A DNA stretch of 50,496 nucleotides from a virus (taxonomy: Duplodnaviria; Caudoviricetes), in the IMG/VR virus record IMGVR_UViG_3300020235_000070, positions 1 to 50,496 of that record, one strand, 5' to 3'. The translations under genes and the position numbers were made by a program. Of the stretch, positions 1-8,987 are shown in pieces; within the stretch, counting starts at the first letter, position 1; every line of letters begins with the position of its first letter. The notes under the pieces were generated by a model. That model was not told the origin of the DNA, ran no database searches, and saw only the letters and a list, made by a program, of their open reading frames with translations.

Positions 1-141
1 CAGCTTCATGCTATTTCAAATCGACTTGATGATCCCCGAATTGGTAAGATCATTGAGAACTATCTACACGAGCTAGAGGGGATACCTAACGAGAGTTTCA
101 AAGCTCTCACCGCTATGGTTCGTTCGATGGGTAGGTTTGCA
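1..141. repeat. Terminal overlap identical to 50356-50496 (circular assembly)
   Basis: Exact 141-bp match between the start and end of the window; the ORF reads through the junction in frame. Confidence 0.97.
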
Positions 142-1344
142 AACTTCCAAGTGGATGATAGGATTGCAGACAGGTTAGTTAACACTCTTAACTTCTTTAC
201 CTACTCTGCCTCTATACCTTTCCGCGTTGGATTGATAGCTAGAAATTACTTTCAGACTACACTGGCGCTTCCGATTGTAGGCCCCGAAGCTTGGTGGGCA
301 GGAATAAAATCAGCACTAGGTGAGACTTCAGAGGGGTTTTCTAGGGAGGCTATGGCTGCGGCAAAGTTGAGGGCAATTAAAGGTAATGCGTTGAAGGTCA
401 ACGTAGTGCCTCTACATGGAGGTACGGAGGCCATCGGTGGTGTAGGTGAAGGTATCTTCGGCCAACTACGCCCCGAGCTTGCCCGAGCTGGCTTCTCAAT
501 CAGAGAACTATTCGATAGGGGATTTAGTGCATATAGAAATGGTGACGACTTTGGAAGGGTTGTTGCATTTGAAGCAGGAAGGTTCAGAGTTAATAAACAC
601 CTAGGGAAGTATATGAAATCTGGTAGGTCAGCCGACGACCTGGAGGCTTTCAAGATAGCTTCTAAGGTCAAGACTTTCGATGAGACTGTTGAAGCTCAGT
701 TTGAGAAGCTCATTGTAAACGGACAAGAAGATGCTGCTGCGGATCTAATCGGGAAGGAATTAGCAGACAAGGTACACTTTCTATACGGTGACGCTAATCA
801 TCCCCCAGGATGGGGAACTGTACCTGGGAGATTATTTGGACAGTTTGGGACTTTCCCTATTCAGTATGCTAATCATGTTGTTGAGGGTTTGACTAGAGGA
901 ACAAAAGGTGACATAGCCATGTTTGCAGCAGGACATACTGCTGTGAATTTGAGTATTGTTTCAGCAGGCGCACAGCTATTTGATGCAGACTTAGCTAGTT
1001 GGGCATTTCTACCGAGTCTACAATACACAGGTGGACCCTACGCAGAGATTCTATTAAGTTCTGTGGCTGTCGTGGGAGGTAGTGATGCAGAGAGAAGCTT
1101 AGCTCTAAGAAATATCCAGATGATGCTTCCTTGGTGGAATAGGCCAAGTATCTTTGTACCGGGATCATACTTTCTCAATGATGTGTTCAGAGCATTTGAT
1201 GAGGATGATTTTGCCACAGGGCTTGCCCGAGCTTCGGGAGTTAGGTTTCTACACGATGAACCATCTGCGTTGGATGAAGCATTTCAGAATATCCGATCCG
1301 GCTTTGGTTGGGTGAATGAGATCATCACGGATAGGCTACCGTAA
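1..1344 (+). CDS. C-terminal part of a large internal virion/ejection protein (starts at 48949, about 916 aa across the junction)
   Basis: Frame 1 is open from base 1 (QLHAISNRLDD...) and continuous with 48949-50355; large helical protein at the end of the podovirus-type structural module. Confidence 0.7.
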   Translation, partial: QLHAISNRLDDPRIGKIIENYLHELEGIPNESFKALTAMVRSMGRFANFQVDDRIADRLVNTLNFFTYSASIPFRVGLIARNYFQTTLALPIVGPEAWWAGIKSALGETSEGFSREAMAAAKLRAIKGNALKVNVVPLHGGTEAIGGVGEGIFGQLRPELARAGFSIRELFDRGFSAYRNGDDFGRVVAFEAGRFRVNKHLGKYMKSGRSADDLEAFKIASKVKTFDETVEAQFEKLIVNGQEDAAADLIGKELADKVHFLYGDANHPPGWGTVPGRLFGQFGTFPIQYANHVVEGLTRGTKGDIAMFAAGHTAVNLSIVSAGAQLFDADLASWAFLPSLQYTGGPYAEILLSSVAVVGGSDAERSLALRNIQMMLPWWNRPSIFVPGSYFLNDVFRAFDEDDFATGLARASGVRFLHDEPSALDEAFQNIRSGFGWVNEIITDRLP

Positions 1345-2171
1345 TGCTGCATGACGACGAAGATATTATTGCTCAACTTGTAGCGAGTCTGAGTAGTGGA
1401 GCTAAGAGAGTTGGACAAGGGGTAGTAGATACCGCCCAACAGTTTGATGCATTTTCACGCTTAGTAACCGCAGAGAATCTTAGGAAGGTTGCTCAGGAGT
1501 TTGGGCCTACAGGGGATGTTAAGGCCCTCGCCGTTGATGCCCCGCGAGATTTCGCAGAGGGCAGAAATGTCATGGGCACTATTGATTTACTTAGTGCTGC
1601 GCCTGGAGTCTTTGGCTTTGGTGGGGATGCACTAAGGGTGATCGGAAATGCTCTACGGAGTGGTCTTATTAAAACAGGAGATTTTCTCCATTCTAACAGT
1701 AGATCCTTTCAGGCAGTTGGAAATGCATTGGATGAAATTGTACCGGGAATGTCTGTAAGTGAAATAAGATCCCTTGATGATGCTATGGACGTTGCAGAAA
1801 TACGTCGTCAGATTAAAATACAAAGTGACACAAGGAAATTTACAGGACTTGAGGGGCCTGTTTCTGCTTCGGATGAAGTTGCGTTTTTAGAGCACCGTGT
1901 GGATGAGTTGAAGAAAGGTGTAAAAGCTGGTGCCCCTGGACAGACAGAGGGAATAATACTAGAGTTAGCCCAAACTAACAGAGACTTAACTGCTGCTACT
2001 AGTAAGCAGGCAAAAGAGTTAGGTGTGTTTGGGTCGATTCAACGGGCAGATCCTAACGCAGTTAAAGGTACTGCTATAGAGGATGAATTCGCTCAAATAG
2101 ATGCTGAGTTTGACAAATCTCTAGAGTCCTTGGGTGAGTTAATTAAGAAGCGCGTGGGTAGTGGGTCTTAA
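1344..2171 (+). CDS. Hypothetical late protein, possibly internal virion
   Basis: 275 aa; TAATG coupling to the upstream gene; last gene of the plus-strand arm. Confidence 0.6.
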   Translation: MLHDDEDIIAQLVASLSSGAKRVGQGVVDTAQQFDAFSRLVTAENLRKVAQEFGPTGDVKALAVDAPRDFAEGRNVMGTIDLLSAAPGVFGFGGDALRVIGNALRSGLIKTGDFLHSNSRSFQAVGNALDEIVPGMSVSEIRSLDDAMDVAEIRRQIKIQSDTRKFTGLEGPVSASDEVAFLEHRVDELKKGVKAGAPGQTEGIILELAQTNRDLTAATSKQAKELGVFGSIQRADPNAVKGTAIEDEFAQIDAEFDKSLESLGELIKKRVGSGS

Positions 2172-2313
2172 CTATCATTACAGGGATTGTATCTTCTTCT
2201 TCCTCAGGGTAGACCATCCAACCCCTATCTCCGGCTAAAGGTTGGTCTGGATTCGGTCCTTCCTTGAGCCATCCCCGCACTATTATATCCTGCTGTTTAA
2301 TTCTGATCTTCAC
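2143..2313 (-). CDS. Small hypothetical protein (56 aa, GTG start)
   Basis: GTGA overlap with the stop of the upstream ATPase gene; fills the gap at the convergence point. Confidence 0.45.
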   Translation of the reverse strand: MKIRIKQQDIIVRGWLKEGPNPDQPLAGDRGWMVYPEEEEDTIPVMIVKTHYPRAS

Positions 2314-3512
2314 TTGTTTGGTATTCTCAGTGAAATGTCAGTGGTGCCAGTATCTACTCTCTCAATCTCTCCGATTGTCTTAAGAAGTTCTAGTATCTTT
2401 TCCATTTCATCCAGCGGAAGATCATGGAAGAAATACGCTACAATCTTGGATCTTTTAACAGGTGTGTTAGCTGTTATGTAATCCAATACTGAGTACAACA
2501 TTCCCGAGTAGGGATTCCTACCTAATGATGTCAGCCCACGACTCAGATGTTTCTCTACATCTTCAATTAAACGTAGGGCTCTACTAAAATGTTCGTCTGT
2601 TATTATCAGATCATCCCTCTCACATACTGACAACAAGAGGGCAGTTCTTAGGGTGTGGATATGCTTACGAGCTTGGAATGTTTCCGTACCCTTTTCCGTC
2701 GGCTGATCTATATATGCAAGATACCACTCCTCCATCCTTTGAGCAAGCTTGTCGCTCTCTGGTTTTGCCCCACCTTTCAAACTTCCCATTCTTTTCAAAT
2801 CTGTAACTAACTTCTTTTTCATTGCTGCTAGAGCTTTTGTACTTGGCCCTACGTTCTTGTAGAATAAATGTCGTTGGCGGGTCTTGTTCTCAAATATGTA
2901 GACAGTTCTAGCCGCGAAACCTCCCCCGACCATATACCCTGTATTCTCCATCATCCAGTCAGGGGTAGTACATCCTAATAGATTCAAACTAGGATTTACT
3001 ATGATCTCATCCTTATGGGCTCGCGTGGAATGTTCGTACACCCCCGCAGTTTTATCTGTGTCGAACATCTTGGCGAATAGATCATAAGTTTCATCCGGCA
3101 TCGTGGATACTATATTACCAAACTCCCCTGCTATGACCACGATGGACCCGTCGATAGTCTTACTCATCTTCTCGATGATGGCTACATGCGACCCCGAGGT
3201 TGGACCTATGTTTATATAGGAAGGGTCTGAGAAAGCTATATTATCATTCAGAGCCTCTAGAAGATCCTGACAATAGCCTGCACTTGTAGACTTCCTCACC
3301 GCACCGGGTGGACCCACAAACATCACATACGACGTAGGGTATATATCGTAGTGCTTTGTGTATTCTTTGTCGAACCTGACTTTCTTCTTTAGGACGGCTG
3401 ATATGGTGAATAACGCCGTCCATGTAAGGAGCTTCTCTGACGCCTCACTTACAGGCATCGTCCAGTCTAAGAAACTTTGAAGCCAGTCTTTACAAGCTCT
3501 TGGCTTCATCAA
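2310..3512 (-). CDS. DUF3987/YfjI-like P-loop NTPase, putative replicative helicase
   Basis: Walker A-like FVGPPGAVRKST, degenerate Walker B VIAGE, GGFAAR arginine-finger-like motif, C-terminal winged-helix-like region; directly downstream of the polymerase. Confidence 0.7.
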   Translation of the reverse strand: MMKPRACKDWLQSFLDWTMPVSEASEKLLTWTALFTISAVLKKKVRFDKEYTKHYDIYPTSYVMFVGPPGAVRKSTSAGYCQDLLEALNDNIAFSDPSYINIGPTSGSHVAIIEKMSKTIDGSIVVIAGEFGNIVSTMPDETYDLFAKMFDTDKTAGVYEHSTRAHKDEIIVNPSLNLLGCTTPDWMMENTGYMVGGGFAARTVYIFENKTRQRHLFYKNVGPSTKALAAMKKKLVTDLKRMGSLKGGAKPESDKLAQRMEEWYLAYIDQPTEKGTETFQARKHIHTLRTALLLSVCERDDLIITDEHFSRALRLIEDVEKHLSRGLTSLGRNPYSGMLYSVLDYITANTPVKRSKIVAYFFHDLPLDEMEKILELLKTIGEIERVDTGTTDISLRIPNK

Positions 3513-4939
3513 CTATAGCCTTCTAACTTACCCCAATTTTGTCCGAAACTTGCTTCTACTGGAATACTGAATGTTCTGTTGTGTATGGTAAGCTCCGAAG
3601 TTAATGCTTCAATTACAGATGGAATTACCTCGTCACGGTATTCGATATTGTACTGCGTGAGAATAGAATCGTGAGTTTGAGCCAGGATCTTAAAGCCCCA
3701 AGCCCCCATCTTCACGAACATATGATAGACTTTAAGGAATCCACGATTGATATAATCTACCGATGTGGATTGTGGCACATAAGCTGTGGCTTCTTTGAAT
3801 AGAGATTGACCCCAAGCATCGTGAAACTGGAGCACTCTCCCATAAGGTGTCTTGAGAGTTCGTGTAGCTTCTAGTTGTCGGGTTATGTCCGGCCACCAGC
3901 CATTCTTAATCATAAAATACTTATCGTGCCAGATCCTTTGAGCTTCTTTAACTTGGGCAGCGGTGACTGTTACCTTGGTATCTTCGGCTTCTTCGTTGAT
4001 AACTTCTGCTCCCATAAGATGTCCCATGCGGTAGGCTGTAGCGTGATTTGTACGCTTTCCGACATATCTAATCTTAAACGAGAGCCCTTCTTTATTTCTA
4101 ACAATCCAATCCACTTCCAGAGGCTTGCCGAAAGCCGAAGAAATAGCAGCAGCCGTCTCCGCATGAAAATCGAGTCCCTCTGTATGTATACGAAGAAGCT
4201 CTGGATCTTGTGATAAGTGTGCATATACCCAACTTTCTCCTCTCTCTAGATCAAACTCTGCAAGCTCGCATCCTTTGTCTGCGATGTACATAGACTTTGT
4301 TTCTTTGGGAACTGTAGCAGAGTTTATTCCTGTGCCCCATTGGGTCTTAGAATGTGAGAATCTAGCGGTTTTGGTCCCACCTACCGAAGCCGTACCTCGA
4401 AGCCGACCATCAACGTCCTCAAAATCAGTAGGACCACCTAGCTCCCCTTTGATTATTTGAAGCCCAAGATAGGAGGAGATTTGTTTCCTCACTCCCCTAA
4501 TCTTTAAGATGTAATAACAGGCTATGTATCCTTGGTGCCATTTATACTTAGCACTTTCTTGCGTTAGAGTATCTATCTTATGTTTGCACTCAGCCATTAG
4601 AGATCGTAAGGCAGTTTCATCAGCTATCAACTTCTTCTTTCTTGTACGTCTTGGCAGACCAAGATGCCCATAGAGTAGATTGGGCACAGACTTAGGCCCC
4701 GCCTTAGATTCGACGTTAAGGTGACCGCCTATCACATAGTCCAGCCGCTCTTGGTAATCTGTCCATCTGGCTAGTGCTAAATCTTGGAGCTTTTTCTTTT
4801 CTTTCTGGTCAATACGAATACCAACTTCCATCATAGCATGGACAGGTTCCAGCATTAGATGGTCGAATTGGCATGGGTTAGAATATGTGGGAATCTCAGG
4901 TTTTGACATTGTAGAGAACCTCTTCCCAAACCAAGCCAT
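3509..4939 (-). CDS. polA: Family A DNA polymerase, polymerase domain only
   Basis: Motif A EFDLERGE, motif B RYVGKRTNHATAY, motif C QTHDS, plus TARFS, TPYGR and PQST; no exonuclease in this ORF. Confidence 0.93.
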   Translation of the reverse strand: MAWFGKRFSTMSKPEIPTYSNPCQFDHLMLEPVHAMMEVGIRIDQKEKKKLQDLALARWTDYQERLDYVIGGHLNVESKAGPKSVPNLLYGHLGLPRRTRKKKLIADETALRSLMAECKHKIDTLTQESAKYKWHQGYIACYYILKIRGVRKQISSYLGLQIIKGELGGPTDFEDVDGRLRGTASVGGTKTARFSHSKTQWGTGINSATVPKETKSMYIADKGCELAEFDLERGESWVYAHLSQDPELLRIHTEGLDFHAETAAAISSAFGKPLEVDWIVRNKEGLSFKIRYVGKRTNHATAYRMGHLMGAEVINEEAEDTKVTVTAAQVKEAQRIWHDKYFMIKNGWWPDITRQLEATRTLKTPYGRVLQFHDAWGQSLFKEATAYVPQSTSVDYINRGFLKVYHMFVKMGAWGFKILAQTHDSILTQYNIEYRDEVIPSVIEALTSELTIHNRTFSIPVEASFGQNWGKLEGYS

Positions 4940-5123
4940 CCTCTACTCTCAAGGGGATAACAAGTGAAGGGTTGAGATTCTCGTCTAGCACTATCTGTAG
5001 CCTTCCTTTACCTACGAGGTTACTTTCTATCAGTATCAGTATGATAGAGTCTAACGCTAACTGTGTTCGTGCGATTCTTTGGTTATGGTGTACTACGGCT
5101 GGATCAAGAGATTCCTCAGCCAT
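4896..5123 (-). CDS. Hypothetical protein (inside the polymerase-splitting block)
   Basis: 75 aa, GGAG RBS, overlaps its neighbours. Confidence 0.55.
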   Translation of the reverse strand: MAEESLDPAVVHHNQRIARTQLALDSIILILIESNLVGKGRLQIVLDENLNPSLVIPLRVEDGLVWEEVLYNVKT

Positions 5124-5478
5124 TAAACTTTACTCCTAGTTTATGTTCTACTATACTACGCATGTCGGATAGATGTTGTACACCTGGATGTGGCTGATCT
5201 AAGTCGTCACCAAAGAAGTCTGCTAGGGCTTTATACAACACCACTAATATATCAGGGAAGTCCTCTAGCATTTCCTGTCGGAATACAAAGAAGGGTTCTA
5301 TTATTCCTCCCTCTTTACGATCTGTGATAAGACCGTGTTGGGAGAATATAGTATCTTTGCGTGGTGTTCTACTGTACAGAAGGATCTCAACAGCTCTATG
5401 TCTGTCGTCTACAAACACAGTACATCTTTCACTTCCCTCTGACGCACTACCATGACGTTTCTCGAATCGTCTAATCAT
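5116..5478 (-). CDS. Hypothetical protein (inside the polymerase-splitting block)
   Basis: 120 aa, ATGA coupling. Confidence 0.65.
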   Translation of the reverse strand: MIRRFEKRHGSASEGSERCTVFVDDRHRAVEILLYSRTPRKDTIFSQHGLITDRKEGGIIEPFFVFRQEMLEDFPDILVVLYKALADFFGDDLDQPHPGVQHLSDMRSIVEHKLGVKFNG

Positions 5479-6008
5479 ATTAGCCTCATGTCACGAGTTA
5501 ACTCCCACCTATCTTCTGGCCTTACAAATTCTACTTCTGCCAGGGCAAACCAGTCAGATTCTTCTGGTATATCTACTACCTTTGTCCCACCCATACTATT
5601 GGATAGAATGGTATTAGACTCATGGGTGTATCCCTTAGCTACTATCATACCTTTTCCATAGAGAAAAAGGGGAACGGGATTTAGTCTTGAAGCTATTGCT
5701 ACCCCCCATTGAGCAGGAGGTTGACATAAAAAAATATCTAGGCCCATATCAGTGCCTAGAACATGGTCAATATAGATTTGCCTATCTCCACCCCTTTTCC
5801 AGTCACCTAATTCTTTTAATACATACTTGATGGCTCTGGTATTTCTAGGATCAACTAGAATATCTATATCACTTACATACTTTTCAAATCTTCCTAGAGA
5901 TCCAAGATGGGTAAACTTATTAATATGAGGGTCAAGTTTAAGGATAACTTCTGCTGCGACTTGGAACGCTTTTGCAAGGGGAAAGAGGGTTTTGCCTGGT
6001 CTGTTCAT
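5475..6008 (-). CDS. Minimal family X DNA polymerase / Pol-beta nucleotidyltransferase (palm and thumb only)
   Basis: GSLGR..SDIDILV, third Asp in LDIF, QWG helix, C-terminal EESDWFALAEVEFVRPEDR matching the PolX thumb end. Confidence 0.8.
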   Translation of the reverse strand: MNRPGKTLFPLAKAFQVAAEVILKLDPHINKFTHLGSLGRFEKYVSDIDILVDPRNTRAIKYVLKELGDWKRGGDRQIYIDHVLGTDMGLDIFLCQPPAQWGVAIASRLNPVPLFLYGKGMIVAKGYTHESNTILSNSMGGTKVVDIPEESDWFALAEVEFVRPEDRWELTRDMRLI

Positions 6009-6217
6009 GGCATGGAACCGAGTGTAGGTCTTTTGGTTATGTCCAGTCTGAACTTCTCTGTTGGATCTAGCCTTCTCAATGCTCCTCTAAATACTTCTGT
6101 TATCTGAAAGAGATTGAATGCTTCAGCATCTAATCCTTCTGGAGGAGGGTCATCCAGGTCTGCGTTCATTACATAAACTTCCTTATTGTCTATTATCATC
6201 TGTATACGGATTATCAT
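6005..6217 (-). CDS. Hypothetical protein
   Basis: 70 aa, ATGA coupling on both sides. Confidence 0.6.
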   Translation of the reverse strand: MIIRIQMIIDNKEVYVMNADLDDPPPEGLDAEAFNLFQITEVFRGALRRLDPTEKFRLDITKRPTLGSMP

Positions 6218-6453
6218 GGAACCCTCGTTGGTTTGACGGTAACTAGCTCCTCGGATACCACATCACTAGGGAGTCCATGCTTGCAGATGTTTCTCCAATG
6301 AGAGGGAGAATAGTAAGTAGCCTGCACCTCTATCTTATGGGATATGAATTTGAATCTCTTTGCAAGGTAATGTCTGATCGAACTACAAGCATCTGTTCTA
6401 CGCCCAACCTTCATCATCATTAGGTCCTTGCTTTTCTTTTGCTTCCGTTTCAT
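6214..6453 (-). CDS. Basic hypothetical protein
   Basis: 79 aa, ATGA coupling on both sides. Confidence 0.6.
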   Translation of the reverse strand: MKRKQKKSKDLMMMKVGRRTDACSSIRHYLAKRFKFISHKIEVQATYYSPSHWRNICKHGLPSDVVSEELVTVKPTRVP

Positions 6454-7553
6454 TTGAATATCACCTTTATCTCAGGCATCTGCCCGAGTGCAGTTATATG
6501 GGTTACAACGGTATCCTTCATGTTGTAGTTCCACAAAATCTCTAAGTCTCCAGTTTCTCTAGACTCTGTTCTTTCTTCTTTGTAGTAGGGCATACGAGTA
6601 TACAGACTTGTAAGGAACCCCAAGTTCCTGGGATAATCGGGGTAGATACTCGCACTAGCCACATAAGTGTCCCACCCTTTTCCTCCGTAGAATCCTCCAA
6701 CATTCCATCCATTAAACCTCTTCATAAACCCAATGTCATGCGTACCGAATTGGAATATCTTTGGGACATCTGATTCCCATACTTCTTTAGAGAACCTTAA
6801 TAGATCATGGCGTTTGTATGTTTGGCAGACGGCTGACATCTTCCCGTCCTTCTCCCATGCCCACCCTATGCAAGAGTACCGCCCGCCCCTGAAATTCTCA
6901 ATATCTAAAGAAACCCAATCAGCAGAGATAGCATCATGGGCTAGGTCGTATAGTATATCTGACTCAGGGTTTATGTACTTCTCATATTCAGGGTGTCTTA
7001 GCTCAGGATACTCACTATCCTCAATCGCGTGCATTATATCAATTAAAAATACAGGATTCCATTTCCAAACTCTGCGGATATATGAGGGGTGGTATGAGCA
7101 GAATACCTTCCTCCCTTCACCCCAACGCTCAAGGGTAGGGAGCCTCGAACCACGGCAGTTTGTAATGCCGGAGCCTGGTGTGAGTTTTCCATTCATCCTA
7201 CCCATCACGCCAGTAAGGAAGTACATGGGCCACGCGCCTAGGGCTAGGATCACGTTGGGATTGGTCCGTTTGATTTCTTCCTCTAGCTCATCCAAGCCAT
7301 CTTCTAACTGGCTGGTTCCTAGCAGGATATTAAACTTATTATCTGGGGGACGATACTTACAGAGGTTTGCTAACTTCACTTCGCTTCTAGCTATTCCCTT
7401 TCTTGCAAAATAGTCTGTTAGTAGCTCTCCAGCCTTTCCCACAAAGGGACGGCCTTGTCCTACTTCTTCTCCACCGGGAGCTTCACCCACACAGAGGATT
7501 TTATAGTCGCTCTTTGGTCCTTCAAATGGAACCCGCTGAGTGCCTATCCCCAT
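6450..7553 (-). CDS. Family-4-type uracil-DNA glycosylase domain fused to a DnaQ-like 3'-5' exonuclease (N-terminal half of the polymerase)
   Basis: UDG motifs GEAPG, FVGKAG, NLCKYRPPDN, YHPSY; Exo I LDIE, Exo II THDIGF, WDT, Exo III YNMKD. Confidence 0.9.
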   Translation of the reverse strand: MGIGTQRVPFEGPKSDYKILCVGEAPGGEEVGQGRPFVGKAGELLTDYFARKGIARSEVKLANLCKYRPPDNKFNILLGTSQLEDGLDELEEEIKRTNPNVILALGAWPMYFLTGVMGRMNGKLTPGSGITNCRGSRLPTLERWGEGRKVFCSYHPSYIRRVWKWNPVFLIDIMHAIEDSEYPELRHPEYEKYINPESDILYDLAHDAISADWVSLDIENFRGGRYSCIGWAWEKDGKMSAVCQTYKRHDLLRFSKEVWESDVPKIFQFGTHDIGFMKRFNGWNVGGFYGGKGWDTYVASASIYPDYPRNLGFLTSLYTRMPYYKEERTESRETGDLEILWNYNMKDTVVTHITALGQMPEIKVIFK

Positions 7554-7765
7554 CAGTTGATCTTAGGTAGTGGACCCTTGCCTATTGGAATTATCATCTG
7601 ATCATCTTCTGGACCTTTGAGTCTTTCTTGTAATTCTAAGGTTGCTAGATGCAGCATCCCAAAGCATATGATCGCATCTGGAACACTAGCCTTAACTCTG
7701 ATTTGCTTTCCGTCAAACTCTATGAGGATCTTATATGTTTCTTTGGTCACCGAATACCTCCTCAT
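7553..7765 (-). CDS. Hypothetical protein
   Basis: 70 aa, TGATG coupling to the UDG-exo gene. Confidence 0.6.
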   Translation of the reverse strand: MRRYSVTKETYKILIEFDGKQIRVKASVPDAIICFGMLHLATLELQERLKGPEDDQMIIPIGKGPLPKIN

Positions 7766-8093
7766 ACAGTTCTTTGGAAGAGTTGGTGGCTTCTTGGTCT
7801 GCTATCATACCATCCAGCAGGGCCAAATAAACTCTAGCATCAGCTATCCTACCGTGGATACTCTCACGCTGATTTTTGTGGCCCAGAATAAAAGCTGTTA
7901 TTCCATCCACATGCTTAAGGAAGAATACCCACAGAACTTCTTCTGGTTTTAGATTTAGGGCAGAGCCAATACGCTCAAAGTTTGCGAAGGCATTAATATC
8001 AATGTGAGCATATTCCTTTTGTCCTGCTTCCCTTAACCCAAATTCATTCTGGACCATATCTGCCATGTGGTCTGCCATTTCTTCCTTATTCAT
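7731..8093 (-). CDS. DUF1599/Nmad1-like all-helical protein (nucleotide-modification associated)
   Basis: QKEYA..NAFANF...LKH...ESIHGRIADARVY pattern; GAGGAGG RBS before MNKEE. Confidence 0.6.
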   Translation of the reverse strand: MNKEEMADHMADMVQNEFGLREAGQKEYAHIDINAFANFERIGSALNLKPEEVLWVFFLKHVDGITAFILGHKNQRESIHGRIADARVYLALLDGMIADQEATNSSKELYEEVFGDQRNI

Positions 8094-8355
8094 ATATACT
8101 AACCTCCTCGTCTGGTTCCTCTGACTCAAGCATCTTTTCATACAAGTTAAACATCTCCCTACTATGCTGCGACGACATAAAGACTCCCTCGATCCACTTA
8201 CAGTTAATGATACAGGGTGCCCCGAAGATGTCTATTGTCCTGTGGGTAGTTTTCAATCGCATAGCTACTTCGATTGCATCTAGATCCCCCTCTGGGAGCG
8301 AGAAGGCTACGTCACTACTAGAGATCACCCGTAGAAACGTCCTAGGAATTTCCAT
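8086..8355 (-). CDS. Hypothetical protein
   Basis: 89 aa, TAATG coupling. Confidence 0.6.
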   Translation of the reverse strand: MEIPRTFLRVISSSDVAFSLPEGDLDAIEVAMRLKTTHRTIDIFGAPCIINCKWIEGVFMSSQHSREMFNLYEKMLESEEPDEEVSIYE

Positions 8356-8786
8356 TAGAATTCAAAGCCCTCGGCCATGGTGATAGATTCAATACGTTCT
8401 AAGAGAGATTGTTCAATCTCCTTGAGCATAGGCATTTCAAAACCGTAAATAACATACAGCTCACCAAAGCGGGCTTGAATCAGTCGCTTCACTGTGATTG
8501 TGTCCATTAGGATCACATCACTATTAACCACCTTAGCAATTATGAATGGCTCAGGAACCACATAGAATTCTCCACCATCTGCAAAGGTAAGTTTATCCCC
8601 CGAGTATCCATTAAACATAACGTGGTCAGATGTTTCTAGATTCTCTCTTACGTCTGGACCTAGGTCTGTAACGATACCTTGATTAACTCGACGCCGGACG
8701 GAATCGGGAATAAAGATGGAACCTATCTTTTCGTCAGGATAGATCGGGTGGACAATCACATCGTTTCCAATGGCTACGGGCATCAT
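8355..8786 (-). CDS. groES: GroES/Cpn10 co-chaperonin with a C-terminal extension
   Basis: GNDVIVHP, GSIFIPDS mobile loop, QGIVTDLGP, DHVMFNGYSG, IIAKV. Confidence 0.85.
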   Translation of the reverse strand: MMPVAIGNDVIVHPIYPDEKIGSIFIPDSVRRRVNQGIVTDLGPDVRENLETSDHVMFNGYSGDKLTFADGGEFYVVPEPFIIAKVVNSDVILMDTITVKRLIQARFGELYVIYGFEMPMLKEIEQSLLERIESITMAEGFEF

Positions 8787-8986
8787 GTATCAATATCCCC
8801 TGTGAGTAGATCCTCTAAAAAATCATACAATTCATCTTCCATTTCTGGACCGTTACCAGAGATTAGCCAGTGGACGTAAGCAGAATCACTTGCAACTACG
8901 TCACCCCAAGGCACACCGCAATACTTAGGAAAGGGACAAGTTTCAAATGTCCCACCTTCATTTCTGTCCATCGGATCGAATTTCAT
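8783..8986 (-). CDS. Small protein with an ExoX-C-terminal/DUF3820-like motif
   Basis: CPFPKYCGVPWGDV..SDSAYVHWL resembles the (M)PFGKYKG...Y..WL motif; start placed at the ATG just after the tRNA-like element. Confidence 0.5.
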   Translation of the reverse strand: MKFDPMDRNEGGTFETCPFPKYCGVPWGDVVASDSAYVHWLISGNGPEMEDELYDFLEDLLTGDIDT

Positions 8987-8987
8987 A

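Noticed and set aside
1-141. 141-bp terminal direct repeat as a biological terminal repeat
   Set aside because: It lies inside a continuous ORF and its length equals a common assembler k-mer size, so it is best read as a circular-assembly overlap.
4940-6449. Group I/II intron or intein interrupting the polymerase
   Set aside because: I see no intron core, homing endonuclease, reverse transcriptase or intein motifs, and the interval is fully occupied by translationally coupled ORFs.
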